Shown: positions 27,471 through 37,603 of the stretch, piece by piece | Position numbering within the stretch: position 1 is the stretch's first letter | Layout: each line of letters starts with the position of its first letter | Sequence record: OP079919.1 | Length of the DNA stretch: 64,000 nt | Strand: one strand, 5' to 3' | Notes under the pieces: model-generated | Databases searched by the model: none | What the model saw: only the letters and a program-made list of their open reading frames with translations | What the model was told of the DNA's origin: nothing | Made by a program: the position numbers and the translations under genes

Positions 27471-30439
27471 TATTCTGGAAGGGTATCGTCAACTTGGAAG
27501 TCGTCTTTCTTATTGCCGTCTTCTTCTGTCTCTGTTTCTTCCTCGGTTTGGGTTTCTTCTTCCTCGGAAGCGTCTGTTCCCGTCTCTTCTTCCTCAGTCG
27601 TTCCACCTTCCCCAGGCAAATCTTCCTCTATTGAGAAATCGTCGTCTGTCTGAGTTCCCTCTTCAGGGGTACCCTCATCAGCAGGTGGGGCGCCGAACTC
27701 ATCCGCCGGAGGCTGTTCCGCAGGCATAATCTTTTCCAAACGTTTAGTCAGTCGATCAGTCTCTTTATTCCAGACCTTCATGAACTGTTCTAAGAACATT
27801 CCACTGTTGTCTACGTACTGAGATATGTTGTGGATTAACGAATAGACCCCGCCCTCTTTACCCTTGTTACCGATAAGATCGAACGGCATAGGGAGGTTGA
27901 ATCGATCATAAAGTTCAATTAGATAAGTACTGCGAATAATGGATTTGACTTTCTCAATATCCAACCCGCCGCTACCATCAGTTTTGTTCATGATCTGTTC
28001 AATCAGACCGGAAGTCCCTGACATTTCAACCCACGAGTTTACAAACTGATTGACCGTATCGATTTTATCTTTCAGTTTGGTTACTGATTCCTGAGTAGCC
28101 GGAGTCGGTAAGGTCACGGTGAGGTTGTTGATAAAGTCAGCCAGGATAACTTCAACGATGTGCTCGTTAGTTCCCTCTATCTCTTCGCCGTTATCAGGTT
28201 TCCACAACGACTTATTCTCGTTAATGGTATCGACCAAACGATTCAACATAACCTGGTTAACTAACAGGTCCTTGCGTTCGATCTCAGCAACAAAGTCACC
28301 CAATACCTTCTGCCAAATCAACGTTTGGTTGCGAAGCATTTCCTGCTCGGCCAATGCCTCGACCTGGAAGTTGGTTCCTTCTTCTTTATCGTCCAACCAA
28401 GTACGTTGGAGTTTAAAAGTGGAGGCGATGTTGTTGAGGAGGTTCTGTCTGGAGGTTTCGTCGATAGCTTTGAAGTTACCGCGTTCAACCGGCTCCAGGG
28501 TTATCTTGGGTCCGACCATCCACGGGTTACCGTTACTATTAACCTCAACGATCAGGGATTGAGTCTTCATTGCTTCAACAATGTCGGGTACTGAAACAGT
28601 ACCGGAGTTTACCACGTTGTGAAGCGTTGGGTTTACCCTGAAGAACTGAGCCCTGGCCATAGCAATGGTTCCATCCGGATCAACGTCGTCTTCTTCCAGA
28701 TCAACCACTAAACGCTGACGAGTTTGAGCCTGATCCAAGTTAGCCAGAATGTCAGCGGTATCCAACGCCGCCAGGCGACCGATATGGAGTTTAGCCTGGT
28801 TGGTTAAAGAAGAACCAATACCAAAGCTATTGTAGTCAAACGCGACGTAGGTGAAGTACTCTGCCGGAATGTAAAGAACCCGAACACCCTGCTGTTTGAA
28901 AGAACGAGCCAGGAAGATCTTCAGGTTAGCTTCGACCAATTCAACAGAAATATTTTTCCCACTCACGCCGGAAGCAATAGCCTGGATAAGGGATTTTTCT
29001 ATTTGATCCTTCGATAACAGGGTGAATTCTGACATATCGAAGTCACAATCGGCACCTTGCTGAACTTTCTTCAGGTTAGCGATAAGTGCGTTGGTTCCAC
29101 TCGTTTTATTAGGTGTGTCGATCTTATCTTTCTGACCCTTAGTGGACTGATAGAAGTTAAAGTCTCTTGTGCTTTTTAAGAACTCACCGTTGGACGGGTC
29201 AAGCAAGGCGAACCCACCAATGAGCTTAGTTCTATCACCTTCCATATGAACAGGAATAAAGGCTTCACTCGGAATATGGTACCGTAAGGGAATGCCATAA
29301 ACTGAGGTGTCGTAAACCCCTGGACTGCGAACACTGATGGTTTGACGATGTGGGTAACTGCGGTGCGGATAAAACTCATTCTGAAGAACTTCCAGTTGGC
29401 TTTCCGACAAGATCTGAGTTTTAGTATCAGCGTTAGGCGTCCCGTTCTTACGTTTAGCCTTAGAGTCGTCAGGTTCTTTATTCGACTTCTTAGGATCTTC
29501 CTTTTTCTTATCCTTGGTCGCCGCAGTCTCTTCTTCGCCTTCCTCACCTTTTTTCTCTAGACGAGATTTAATAAGGGAAGCGAGATCTTCTGTCCCGCCG
29601 ATGTCGTTAACGATCTTCTTCGTTAAAACCTGATTCACGGAACGAAGAGCCAGAACCGCCGGGTTGTCTGTCAAGGTAATCCCGAACCCTTCGCCTTCAT
29701 CATTCTCGATCAATTCGAATTCAGTTGAGGCATCTGGGGCGGAGTGACTAAACAAAGCCTCTAGCCCGTGAACGACGTTATTGAGCTGCTTAGGACCCCT
29801 CACCAATCCTTTGTTGATGGCGAGAAACTTACCGTCCACATTTTTAAATTGCTTCTCAATCTCTGGTTTTATCTGAGTGTTAATGTAACTTTCGTTACCT
29901 GTCACTCCGTCTTCCCCAAACTGTTGACCGTTGATAAGGTGATCCAGCGCAGGTCTAGAGATGTTCAAAAGCACGTAGGACCCTGTGCCGAATAACCCGT
30001 CTTTGATGAACTCCGGTAACAACTTCTCGATTTTATAGTCGCTGGTATAGTAGGTTTCCGTCTTACGGAGCAACTCTTCATGCAGCTTAGTATTTTTAAA
30101 TTGAGACCGCAAAGTATCGTGAGTAAGGATCCTTTCCTGTAATCCGTTCGGGTAGAGGAGAAGCGTCTTCCAGATTAATTCCGCCCGCGAAACATAAGGT
30201 GTGATTTCCCTTAAGTCAGTTGCCGCATTGATATTGTTGGCAATGATATCGCTGATCTTTTTTAATTTGGAAGGTTGGACTTTACGTTCTTTCTCATCCG
30301 TATTTCTGGTATGATCTCTCTCGTCCCGAACGAGGTTCCGAACGACGCTTTTTAACGAGGGGCTGATATTGTTTAAATTACCCCTGAGTTTGGTTTGATC
30401 GAGGTAATCATATCCTCGGGTTGAACGCGTTCTATTCAT
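27470..30439 (-). CDS. Portal protein (phiKZ gp129-like)
   Basis: 989 aa, minus strand and divergent from the baseplate genes, as in phiKZ-like genomes; N-terminal region with TGNE, HGLE and GGTE sites; acidic disordered C-terminal tail. Confidence 0.75.
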   Translation of the reverse strand: MNRTRSTRGYDYLDQTKLRGNLNNISPSLKSVVRNLVRDERDHTRNTDEKERKVQPSKLKKISDIIANNINAATDLREITPYVSRAELIWKTLLLYPNGLQERILTHDTLRSQFKNTKLHEELLRKTETYYTSDYKIEKLLPEFIKDGLFGTGSYVLLNISRPALDHLINGQQFGEDGVTGNESYINTQIKPEIEKQFKNVDGKFLAINKGLVRGPKQLNNVVHGLEALFSHSAPDASTEFELIENDEGEGFGITLTDNPAVLALRSVNQVLTKKIVNDIGGTEDLASLIKSRLEKKGEEGEEETAATKDKKKEDPKKSNKEPDDSKAKRKNGTPNADTKTQILSESQLEVLQNEFYPHRSYPHRQTISVRSPGVYDTSVYGIPLRYHIPSEAFIPVHMEGDRTKLIGGFALLDPSNGEFLKSTRDFNFYQSTKGQKDKIDTPNKTSGTNALIANLKKVQQGADCDFDMSEFTLLSKDQIEKSLIQAIASGVSGKNISVELVEANLKIFLARSFKQQGVRVLYIPAEYFTYVAFDYNSFGIGSSLTNQAKLHIGRLAALDTADILANLDQAQTRQRLVVDLEEDDVDPDGTIAMARAQFFRVNPTLHNVVNSGTVSVPDIVEAMKTQSLIVEVNSNGNPWMVGPKITLEPVERGNFKAIDETSRQNLLNNIASTFKLQRTWLDDKEEGTNFQVEALAEQEMLRNQTLIWQKVLGDFVAEIERKDLLVNQVMLNRLVDTINENKSLWKPDNGEEIEGTNEHIVEVILADFINNLTVTLPTPATQESVTKLKDKIDTVNQFVNSWVEMSGTSGLIEQIMNKTDGSGGLDIEKVKSIIRSTYLIELYDRFNLPMPFDLIGNKGKEGGVYSLIHNISQYVDNSGMFLEQFMKVWNKETDRLTKRLEKIMPAEQPPADEFGAPPADEGTPEEGTQTDDDFSIEEDLPGEGGTTEEEETGTDASEEEETQTEEETETEEDGNKKDDFQVDDTLPE

Positions 30440-30464
30440 AAATGTAGACTCTTAGAGAAGACTC

Positions 30465-32552
30465 ATGGAAAATATTGATTTTAATGCGTATGTGGCGGAT
30501 ACGATAAGTTTGGTCAGAACCATGGTCGTCAAATGTGAAGCCATAGCGACTATAGATAACTCGTTGCTGACCTCCGCTGGTTACCCCGTCAGTGACGATA
30601 AACGCACTTGGCGGTACTACCTTAACTTAAACGGCCAATATCACGCTGCTGATGTAAAGATGTACGTGTCCTCACTGGATACGGGTGAAGAGATTCTTTT
30701 TAGTAAAGAATCCTTAGAGGAACACCTTATTACTAAAAAGGCGTATCTTTCTTCCGGTTATTGGTATAACCGATTGGTAACTGATTATCCCGCGCAACGA
30801 GAGCTAATAAATGGGATATTGGATCCTATCGCGTTAGATGACGCCATTGGAGCCAAGAACTATAAAATCCTTCGGTATAACGAAGACTTAGTTTTGTGGA
30901 ATGAAGATCAGGTTATTCCGAGACTCCAGGATTGGATTGACGCGTTCTGCCATCAGCATTTCGGGACAGAATACTTTTACACAGATAACTTAATGCTCCC
31001 AGTAGTATTGGCTACGCTGTACGGATTAATGCCAGGGGCGTTAATGACGATCCGTGAAGAGGCCATAGGAACGAGGTACGTCCACGACTTCCATATCTGG
31101 GGGCGGTTAAATTCCTACGGTGATTTCACTCAGTATAAAAATGTGCTGAATGGGGTTCAGACTCTTTGGCTTTATCGCAATATTGAATGGTTGGCGGATA
31201 ATGCCGGGAAGAACTACACACTCGGTTTGCTCATTCAAAATCTGCTGACGGTAAGAGGGATACCTATCGCTGAGTTCGAGGTAACCTACAATACTGAAAA
31301 TCAAATTGAAGATCTGTCTCCAACGGTCGCCTTCATTAAGAACAACTTAAACTTACTCGATCGATATACCGACAAGCACAAAATTTATACTGCGGAAGAA
31401 ATCATCGATAAAGAATCTCTTTTGGCTAAAGATAATCCGGCTCAACAAGAAATATATCTGGATGACATCAAAGCCAAGGGTAAGTTCGCGTTATTCTCCA
31501 GCATCCCGTCCAAGTTACTGGAATCGGAAATGGAGGACTATACCACTCGTCACGCTATTACGCTGATGAACTCCGCATATCACCATTGGGTTTATCTTGT
31601 TAAGAACGGTTATTACAACGCCGTGATTGACGTCCCTAACCCTAAAGAGGCGACTACCTTCAGATTGACTGTTAAAGAAGGCTTGATACTCTGGACGTAT
31701 CTGACCAGAAGGATACGTGGCGAGGATCTCTCTTTAATGGAAGGTGTTTTTTATCAGAACGTATTAAAGATCACCCCACCCACTTATTCCGAGTTAAGGG
31801 AAAAGGGTTCAAATTCCTTTTTATACGATTACCAGATAAAAGATGCCATCGAACTTCACGTCCCGTACGAAAAGATAATTTCTACTGATGCTTTTTATCA
31901 AAAAGCAAAAGAGAATTATTTGCTGGCTTGGAAATACCAAAAGTTCTACGCTCAGTACCACGATCAGTTCCGTCAAGCGGTAGTTAAAAACGTAACGGAC
32001 TCTTTCTTTGAGCGGGGCAAATGGGATATCAAAAGTGAAGTAACCTCTTTTGATACCTGGCTGGCTAACAAGGAATTGGATTTCTCTAATTATACTGACG
32101 ATGAGTTATTAGGGCTGGCTTGGGATACGTTCTCGTTAGCAACTGGCTGGGATAGTTCAAACGTAACGTTACGCACGCTGCAATCTAGTCTTATTAAACT
32201 GATGCTGGAACTTTCTAGTTACACCATCCACGTTTACACGACTATTGACGACGGTAATAATACTATTGAAGCAGGTTCCCGTATAGATTTGGGGATCCGT
32301 AAGGATTCCTTCACCTCTACTATGGATAGTAGGGCGGTTCTGCTTCCGGCTATGTTGCACGTCGTACCTAATATCGACATGAAGGGCAAAACAACATCCA
32401 TCGTTGATTTTAATACTTACGGTGGTGTTGACACGGGGTCTGTTGGCGAAGCCACGTTGCCTCTCGATCCCGAGTTAGTAGAGAATACAACAAGGAAATC
32501 CTCTTCCTACGGATTACTCCCCATGTTCTTTACACTCACTAACTCGGAATGA
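30465..32552 (+). CDS. Conserved baseplate/tail structural protein, 695 aa
   Basis: Jumbo-phage-type motifs TWRYYLNLNGQYH, SSLDTGEEILF and LWLYRNIEWL; lies next to the portal gene. Confidence 0.6.
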   Translation: MENIDFNAYVADTISLVRTMVVKCEAIATIDNSLLTSAGYPVSDDKRTWRYYLNLNGQYHAADVKMYVSSLDTGEEILFSKESLEEHLITKKAYLSSGYWYNRLVTDYPAQRELINGILDPIALDDAIGAKNYKILRYNEDLVLWNEDQVIPRLQDWIDAFCHQHFGTEYFYTDNLMLPVVLATLYGLMPGALMTIREEAIGTRYVHDFHIWGRLNSYGDFTQYKNVLNGVQTLWLYRNIEWLADNAGKNYTLGLLIQNLLTVRGIPIAEFEVTYNTENQIEDLSPTVAFIKNNLNLLDRYTDKHKIYTAEEIIDKESLLAKDNPAQQEIYLDDIKAKGKFALFSSIPSKLLESEMEDYTTRHAITLMNSAYHHWVYLVKNGYYNAVIDVPNPKEATTFRLTVKEGLILWTYLTRRIRGEDLSLMEGVFYQNVLKITPPTYSELREKGSNSFLYDYQIKDAIELHVPYEKIISTDAFYQKAKENYLLAWKYQKFYAQYHDQFRQAVVKNVTDSFFERGKWDIKSEVTSFDTWLANKELDFSNYTDDELLGLAWDTFSLATGWDSSNVTLRTLQSSLIKLMLELSSYTIHVYTTIDDGNNTIEAGSRIDLGIRKDSFTSTMDSRAVLLPAMLHVVPNIDMKGKTTSIVDFNTYGGVDTGSVGEATLPLDPELVENTTRKSSSYGLLPMFFTLTNSE

Positions 32553-32558
32553 TAAAAA

Positions 32559-32966
32559 ATGACTAATACACAGCAATGGCCTATCAATCTCGTTAAAAAC
32601 GAATACTTCAAAGACAACGGAATACGTGGAGAAAGATTACAGCAACTCATCTCCTTTATTCCGTTAGGCAGGACAGAAGAAGGCAATTATCTTTATGAGG
32701 TCACCAAATCAGGAAGCTGTCCGAATACTGAACAGTGGGAATTAGAACGATACGATCTTTCTTTTATCTCAAGAAAACATCTGATAAGTGATAGCGAAAC
32801 CGTAAATCATTTGAACATGCTAATCCCTTTTATTAGTAAGGCGACGGGTTATCACTTATTACCGGGTGACATCGGTGGCGTGACCTTTCATAAAACATAC
32901 TGGATTATCGACGTAGCGAAAGACTCGTTGAGATTCACCGGCTCTTTCTCAATCATGAAGAAATAA
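32559..32966 (+). CDS. Small virion paralog-family protein, 135 aa
   Basis: ERYDLSF...PGDIGG...DSLRFTGSFSI pattern shared with the 7346 and 9090 genes. Confidence 0.5.
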   Translation: MTNTQQWPINLVKNEYFKDNGIRGERLQQLISFIPLGRTEEGNYLYEVTKSGSCPNTEQWELERYDLSFISRKHLISDSETVNHLNMLIPFISKATGYHLLPGDIGGVTFHKTYWIIDVAKDSLRFTGSFSIMKK

Positions 32967-32977
32967 GGATTTATTCA

Positions 32978-33883
32978 ATGGCAACTGACACTCAACAATC
33001 TTCCAACTCCAGACTGCCCAGTCAGATTGTTACCGCAACAGCATTTGGTGTGAAGATCGCGATCGCCGCTATTACCAAACAAAACGTGGAAGTCGAACAA
33101 TACACCACGCTCAACGAAATACATTCCGTCCTGGCCGATGAAAGTTTGGGTGTAAAAGCTGGTTCTGACTTTACCCTGAAGTATTATGGGTTAGGTGTTA
33201 AGGGTTCTCAATTCATTGGTAACGACGCCAACGGCATCGCCCGTATGTTGGTTAACCAACATCAGCCGATCGACTGTAACGCGTTCTATCCCATTCCGCT
33301 TGTCGTAAGAGAGCTCTCCGACGACCTCACCGCGGATCAACGTGCTAACTACCGTATGCGTGTTGTTTTTACTAAAGATAGCGTGACTTACGTCGCTTAC
33401 TATCTGCGGGTTATCAGTTTTGCGGCGTTCAGTCCGTCGATTGTAAAAATCACGAAGGATCCTACAACGGGTAACGAAGATCCTGATGTTTACGTTCCGA
33501 CCTCTGACTATCAGCACCCGACTCCGATCACGCCTAATAGCGACGGTACCGTTCCGCTTTCCAATCAGTATGTTTCGGCAACGGGTAAACTGGATCTCAG
33601 TATCGATGCTTCAGGTCTGGCTGAACTTCGCAACGCCTGTTCAATTATGTTCGGCGATGAGTCTTACGCCGCTCCAAACGAATATTACGTTTGCACCGGT
33701 ATCGATACCCCGAGCTCTGGTCAGACGTCCGGTTCCATTAATGTTTCCTATACAGAAGCTGTCAGCGCAATCATCGCTTACTTCATTACGGAAACTCATC
33801 CTCGTGATGCTAATGCGAACGGCGCAATTGAAATGTTCTTTGATATCGGAGCAAGTGCCCCGTTGTTGCTGGCTTCTAGCTAA
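32978..33883 (+). CDS. Conserved virion structural protein, 301 aa
   Basis: AAGGA SD; structural operon; beta-rich. Confidence 0.55.
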   Translation: MATDTQQSSNSRLPSQIVTATAFGVKIAIAAITKQNVEVEQYTTLNEIHSVLADESLGVKAGSDFTLKYYGLGVKGSQFIGNDANGIARMLVNQHQPIDCNAFYPIPLVVRELSDDLTADQRANYRMRVVFTKDSVTYVAYYLRVISFAAFSPSIVKITKDPTTGNEDPDVYVPTSDYQHPTPITPNSDGTVPLSNQYVSATGKLDLSIDASGLAELRNACSIMFGDESYAAPNEYYVCTGIDTPSSGQTSGSINVSYTEAVSAIIAYFITETHPRDANANGAIEMFFDIGASAPLLLASS

Positions 33884-33894
33884 GGAGAAACATC

Positions 33895-34542
33895 ATGCTC
33901 TTTAAAGAGTTATCTCCTACCGGGGGTGTTCTTCAACTCCCTAAGCTGGTCGTTGGTAAGTTATCCACGGATTACTTTGAGACGATTACCGATTTCTATG
34001 AAGTCGTTCTGGATCAAAGTGTTTACAAAGTTTCCCAGGTTTATCTCGGCAGTGATGGCAAGCCCAAACTCGAACTCGTTCCCAATGAAATCAATGTGTT
34101 TAACGACATACTTTATTTCACTGGTAAAGGGGTAACAGGATTAACTTCACAGGATGCCGTTACCACTATCGCTAACCCCATGCAGACCGTCGCTGATGCG
34201 TTTTTGGATCAGTCCCCTGTTTGGGTGCCGGCTATAGAAGAGCTGAGTTTCTTTTCTAATATCGAACTCAATACCCCACGTGACATCTTCACCGTGACCG
34301 ATCAATATCCTCGTAAACTTGCTAATTTGTTGAGCGGGGGAAGGAATCACGTGAAGTGGGGTGTGGGGTCTTTGAACGAGTATTCCACCGCGGGATTCTC
34401 TTTACTGTATTACGGTGATGTGAGTAACGCACCATCGTCTTACGCTTATCCGCCTGCTGCTAAAACAATCGCTATTGTTTCGCTTAATTCAGGCAATAAC
34501 AAAGGAATGGTAATGCTGTGCTCGGACAAAAAGATCGAATAA
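33895..34542 (+). CDS. Hypothetical/virion protein, 215 aa
   Basis: AAGGAG SD; tiles the operon. Confidence 0.5.
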   Translation: MLFKELSPTGGVLQLPKLVVGKLSTDYFETITDFYEVVLDQSVYKVSQVYLGSDGKPKLELVPNEINVFNDILYFTGKGVTGLTSQDAVTTIANPMQTVADAFLDQSPVWVPAIEELSFFSNIELNTPRDIFTVTDQYPRKLANLLSGGRNHVKWGVGSLNEYSTAGFSLLYYGDVSNAPSSYAYPPAAKTIAIVSLNSGNNKGMVMLCSDKKIE

Positions 34543-35117
34543 GAGAAAAAACGATTATTCGGATTATCGGGACCGACCCCAGTACAACGCACATGGGTAA
34601 TGCCGTTATTGACGTCAACATTACGGAAACTCAAAAATTCCAATTACGTTACGTCAATACGGTTATCGGCGACAAGGTCGATTTTTACGAGAAGCTGAAC
34701 TACGCTGAGAGACCTGTTACCAAACGCACATTGGGGATGTCAAGATCGTATAAGGATCTCTTAGAGATCTTTGAGCCTGACATCGCCATTTGCGAGGATA
34801 ACTTCTTAGGGGCTTCTGCGGATACGTATAAACGATTAGTTGAAACCGTCTCTATGTTGCGCGATACTGTTAAAGAGCACAGTAAATCGCTGTTCTTTAT
34901 GAGCGTTCTCCCTAATCTTGCTAAGGCCATTGTTGGAGCCAATTTTAAAGGTACTCAAAAAGAAGACGTGCTGAAGGGTTTAAAGAACTATCCGCACCTA
35001 GATCTTAACGGTATCGATCTTGACACCCTCGATGACCACAGCGTTGACAGTATCGTTATCGCATTGTATCTTTGTGAAATGGTCGCAAAAGACTATAAGG
35101 TATTTCCTCATGACTGA
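34518..35117 (+). CDS. ruvC: RuvC-like Holliday junction resolvase
   Basis: IIGTDPSTTHMG (catalytic Asp strand), AICEDNF (catalytic Glu) and DHSVDSIVIA (C-terminal DxxD); GTG start is probable. Confidence 0.8.
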   Translation: MLGQKDRIREKTIIRIIGTDPSTTHMGNAVIDVNITETQKFQLRYVNTVIGDKVDFYEKLNYAERPVTKRTLGMSRSYKDLLEIFEPDIAICEDNFLGASADTYKRLVETVSMLRDTVKEHSKSLFFMSVLPNLAKAIVGANFKGTQKEDVLKGLKNYPHLDLNGIDLDTLDDHSVDSIVIALYLCEMVAKDYKVFPHD

Positions 35118-35514
35118 ACAAAAAGCACAGGGGGAAGAGGCCGCAGAAGAAGATCCGCTGCTCGAAGTTGAGCATCCTCAGGGATTAGAAGGAAAGGTAT
35201 TCGGTAAATGGACCGTAAGGCTGCGCAATATCTGTGGTGTTGTCGCTTGCCTTTCGGTTTGTTATAACGCCATTAATTATACCGATACCATAAAGAAAGC
35301 CGTTCTAGCAGGATATGGTTATCCTGACAGGACCAGCTTGGGGATCGTTTTTATCGGGCCGATCGTCATCGCTCTCGTTTTCATGAACGCCAGCAAAATT
35401 TTGCAGGTCATCATGAAGATCCCTAGCGTAGCCGAAAAACTACGAAAAGGGACGATCGGGATCCTGACTCGTCCTGGAGATAATCCGCCGCCTCCGCCAC
35501 CTCCACAAAACTAA
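35110..35514 (+). CDS. Small two-TM membrane protein, holin candidate
   Basis: Start reassigned to the ATG at 35110 (overlaps the ruvC stop); acidic N-terminus, two hydrophobic segments, basic/Pro-rich C-terminus; adjacent to the spanin pair. Confidence 0.4.
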   Translation: MTEQKAQGEEAAEEDPLLEVEHPQGLEGKVFGKWTVRLRNICGVVACLSVCYNAINYTDTIKKAVLAGYGYPDRTSLGIVFIGPIVIALVFMNASKILQVIMKIPSVAEKLRKGTIGILTRPGDNPPPPPPPQN

Positions 35515-35520
35515 GAAAGT

Positions 35521-35554
35521 TATACTCCTCCTACCCTAGGGTAGGAGGAGTATA
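35521..35554. terminator. Bidirectional terminator (34-bp perfect palindrome)
   Basis: TATACTCCTCCTACCCTAGGGTAGGAGGAGTATA between convergent genes; T-rich flank. Confidence 0.75.
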
Positions 35555-35566
35555 TTTATTTTATTA

Positions 35567-36100
35567 TTATTTTTGCTCGGTAGTCGTCGAGGAAGTGACT
35601 TTTGTTACAACAGATTTAGTTGCTGCTTTGGCTTTGGTCATTAGGAATTTAGGATCAAAGACATTGACCGTTCCTGAAGCCTGATCGACAATTTGATCAA
35701 TGTTACCGAGTAGGCCCTTGATGGCAACTTGCGAAGCATAAACCAAATCGTTGGCGTTATCTAAATCCCTCGTAGTCGTAATAAGTTTTAAACGAGTGAG
35801 CTTGTAGCATCTAACATAGTCAGTATTCTGATCCAAGCAATCATTTGCCTTAAGCCATTCATCGAGTACGATGAGTTGACTAATAGGCTCTACCGGATTA
35901 TCAGAAACGAGTTCCTTTGGGACGGTATGGGCGGCTTCTTTCAATTGCTGAAGATTGATTCCCATGCTACTGACTTGAGCGGCTTGAGCCTCCACCTGAA
36001 GTTTGGTGTTGGCTTCGCTGACTGTGGTCTTGTGGCTGCACCCCGTCACTAAGATCATCAGCGCCGTAACGGCTAAGCATTTCATTATACGTTTTTTCAC
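35567..36100 (-). CDS. Outer-membrane lipoprotein, probable o-spanin (Rz1-like)
   Basis: Lipoprotein signal MKKRIMKCLAVTALMILVTG-C with Ser at +2 (outer-membrane sorting); 5' end overlaps the i-spanin gene by 134 nt in another frame; two internal Cys. Confidence 0.65.
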   Translation of the reverse strand: MKKRIMKCLAVTALMILVTGCSHKTTVSEANTKLQVEAQAAQVSSMGINLQQLKEAAHTVPKELVSDNPVEPISQLIVLDEWLKANDCLDQNTDYVRCYKLTRLKLITTTRDLDNANDLVYASQVAIKGLLGNIDQIVDQASGTVNVFDPKFLMTKAKAATKSVVTKVTSSTTTEQK

Positions 36101-36359
36101 GATCTTGACCTCGACGATCTAACATAAGAGCAAGTTGAGCGTTAAGTTTAGTTTGGCTGGCTGTGGAGATTTCGATAGCCTCCCGTAAACTCTTCATTTG
36201 GTCAGTGATTTTTGCCATCTGACCCACGGTTTCTTGATCGACTGTATCCTTAGGGAAAAACCGATTAACCCCAAGAATAATCATGATGACCAATAATAAT
36301 AAAATAACGATCCCATCTTTAACTACACTTCCGACATTATCTTTAGTAATAACCGACAT
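35967..36359 (-). CDS. Type II inner-membrane protein, probable i-spanin (Rz-like)
   Basis: Single N-terminal TM (GIVILLLLVIMIILGV), then a coiled coil; GAGG SD; overlapped by the lipoprotein gene. Confidence 0.65.
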   Translation of the reverse strand: MSVITKDNVGSVVKDGIVILLLLVIMIILGVNRFFPKDTVDQETVGQMAKITDQMKSLREAIEISTASQTKLNAQLALMLDRRGQDREKTYNEMLSRYGADDLSDGVQPQDHSQRSQHQTSGGGSSRSSQ

Positions 36360-36370
36360 GACGAATACCT

Positions 36371-37603
36371 CTAAACTAGAGCATGGATTTTGAACACAAA
36401 GCCAGTCACAAGGTCGTCGCTAAAGTAACGGTTACGGAAAGCATGATAGAGATCCCCCCCGTTATCGACGCCCGTGAGGCCATTAACGTAATCCGGGGTT
36501 AACCGGATATCGGTACTCCACAGCATTTGATTACCGCCTCTTTTAGAAATATAAGAGGGGAACAGGCCGTTGCTCAACATAAGAGGATGAGCGTAGGTGT
36601 CGTTAACCAAGAAGACTGTAGGGTAGCGATAGGTGATCAGTGGGGTTATCGTAATCCCGAAGTCTGGATTATCAAACACCACAAAGAAACTGTTTTGATT
36701 TAAAAGAAGCGCTTTAAACGTTTCCGCAGTATAAAGCTTATCTTTAGCAATGACTTTGCGTTCCTTAGGATAAAGGTTACTTAAGTCAACGTAATTAAGA
36801 GATTCGAAAATTCGCTCGGGCCATTTATAATGACGGTAGTCGATACGTAGTCTTTTCTCACCCGTTCTTGTAACCAGAGGAGAACCCGTGACTAATCTTC
36901 CAGCGATAACTAACCAAACCTTCTTATCTTTGATAGGAACGTCTAGTTCGACTTCTAAACCAGTGAATCCATCTTCGTCAATGAACTTTATCATATCTTC
37001 GGTAAATGGACGTGTTTCTAAAGTAGATACTTTAGAGAAGTCATAGATGTCGACGTGACTACTATCATTAATGCGGTAGTTCTTCCCACCGTTTAAAAGA
37101 TAGATTCCGTCTTCCCTATTGATCCCTCTAATGAAATGACCGTTGAGATTAAAAAGACATTTCGTGATAAGGTCGTCGTATTTGCGGGTTGTCACAATGG
37201 TAGTTAGTAACAGATCCGGCGCTTCACTAACACTAACCAGGGCTTGACGATCCACGGACAACAGATGATTAGCCGGAGCGATACGATAGCCGCTTAATTG
37301 AGCGTCACCACGTTGAACATAAACCAACTTCTCTCCCGGGAGTTCCGAAGAGAGAGTAAGCGGATCATTCTCTTTTGTCAGCAGCCAGGCTTCAATGGTC
37401 CCATCGAAAGTTTGAAATTCATACTGATAGTCAAAGGCGTTCAGACAAAGTTGTTTACCTACTAATTCGTCGAGAATAACTATTCGTAATTTACTGTAGG
37501 TTTTGAAGTACTGATTGGTCTTTAAAGTACTTAAATCTACAACGGCTTCTCCAGCGTGCCCTGTGAGAGCAACGCCTACGGCTCGTACATACTGATAAGA
37601 CAT
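36371..37603 (-). CDS. Conserved virion structural protein, about 410 aa
   Basis: Probable start MSYQYV at 37603 with GAGGG SD; divergent from the tail fibre cluster. Confidence 0.5.
   Translation of the reverse strand: MSYQYVRAVGVALTGHAGEAVVDLSTLKTNQYFKTYSKLRIVILDELVGKQLCLNAFDYQYEFQTFDGTIEAWLLTKENDPLTLSSELPGEKLVYVQRGDAQLSGYRIAPANHLLSVDRQALVSVSEAPDLLLTTIVTTRKYDDLITKCLFNLNGHFIRGINREDGIYLLNGGKNYRINDSSHVDIYDFSKVSTLETRPFTEDMIKFIDEDGFTGLEVELDVPIKDKKVWLVIAGRLVTGSPLVTRTGEKRLRIDYRHYKWPERIFESLNYVDLSNLYPKERKVIAKDKLYTAETFKALLLNQNSFFVVFDNPDFGITITPLITYRYPTVFLVNDTYAHPLMLSNGLFPSYISKRGGNQMLWSTDIRLTPDYVNGLTGVDNGGDLYHAFRNRYFSDDLVTGFVFKIHALV

Noticed and set aside
28119-29547. Plus-strand ORFs (147 and 123 aa) opposite the portal gene
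   Set aside because: Antisense to a confident gene; the basic composition mirrors the portal's low-complexity linker.
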